The notes under the pieces: generated by a model
The model's input: the letters and a program-made list of their open reading frames with translations, nothing else
What the model was told of the DNA's origin: nothing
The model's database searches: none
Translations under genes and position numbers: made by a program
DNA from: Paramecium tetraurelia
Lineage: Eukaryota
Direction: 5' to 3'
DNA length: 64,000 nt
NCBI GenBank assembly: GCA_000165425.1
Contig: CT868196.1
Location: 1-64,000, forward strand
Shown: positions 63,340 to 64,000 of the stretch, piece by piece
How the letters are laid out: every line of letters starts with the position of its first letter
How positions within the stretch are numbered: position 1 is the first letter of the stretch

Positions 63340-64000
63340 TCAATTATCAGTAAAATCAGAAAATCTTGATATTTTATTTTTAATAGTGTTTAGATCGCTT
63401 TGCAATGCCTTGCTTTCAAATTGCAAACTATCGACATGTTTTTAGACCCTAGATTTTGCATTGATCTGTTTGGATTGATTAATCATGTTGTCGATTTCAA
63501 GTAGGTTTCTTTGTCGATCATCTTGATTACCAATAATCTACGAAAGTTGATCTAATTTAGTTTGCAATTGACTATAATAAAGTCCTTGTTCTTCATTCAT
63601 AATTTTCTGGTATTTGGAAGAGTACAACTTGATTTGACTTTATTGATCGACATAATCTGATTATCTATAAGATTGTGGCAATTGAAAAGTGTTCAGTTAA
63701 GACTGTTAACTTTTGGATGTGCTGCTGTATAGTTATTTGTTTGGACTCCTGATTGGTTAATTCTGATTCAATCTTTACGGACTTTTGAAAGGCTATTTCT
63801 TGATTGGAGATTATGCTTTTTGTTTATTGGGACTCAAAGGAATATCTGAGAGTAATAGATAATGTTCATACTTGATATAGCAGATTTAACTTTGAGACGT
63901 TTAGCGTTTTTGCAGATCGATGATTTGAGGATGTCAACTGAAAATTCTTGTTTCTTTGATGGCGTTGATACAGTTTGTATTTTGCTGTTGTTGGTCACTG
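63340..64000 (-). CDS. 3' part of hypothetical protein (continues beyond window)
   Basis: Open frame ending ...LQFESKALQSDLNTIKNKISRFSDFTDN*; intron near 63848-63871. Confidence 0.6.

Overview
Very AT-rich, gene-dense eukaryotic DNA typical of a Paramecium (aurelia-type) macronuclear scaffold. Genes use the ciliate code (TAA/TAG = Gln, TGA = only stop) and carry tiny GT-AG introns (about 20-34 nt), so the supplied standard-code ORF track is largely misleading; models below were translated by eye with table 6 and coordinates include introns. There are about 35 protein genes. Recognisable ones include NOP2, PP6 catalytic subunit, BCD1/ZNHIT6, CCDC113, SAS6-like, a mitochondrial carrier, two tandem LC4-type dynein light chains, SF-assemblin, RMC1/Mic1, a HRD1-like E3, a MORN protein, a short syntaxin and two giant PAS-type membrane proteins. 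There are also decayed gene relics (a clear kinesin pseudogene) and an 852-nt N gap. Most notable: a bacterial-type D-Ala-D-Ala carboxypeptidase with intact catalytic motifs next to an HNH nuclease gene, a 2041-aa RCC1-repeat/IQGAP-like GAP fusion with an inserted Cys/His finger, start codons only 9 nt apart, and an apparently 16-nt intron. No rRNA, tRNA, CRISPR or intact transposon seen. Family calls come from recalled motifs, not database searches; no wholly new system can be claimed from sequence alone.
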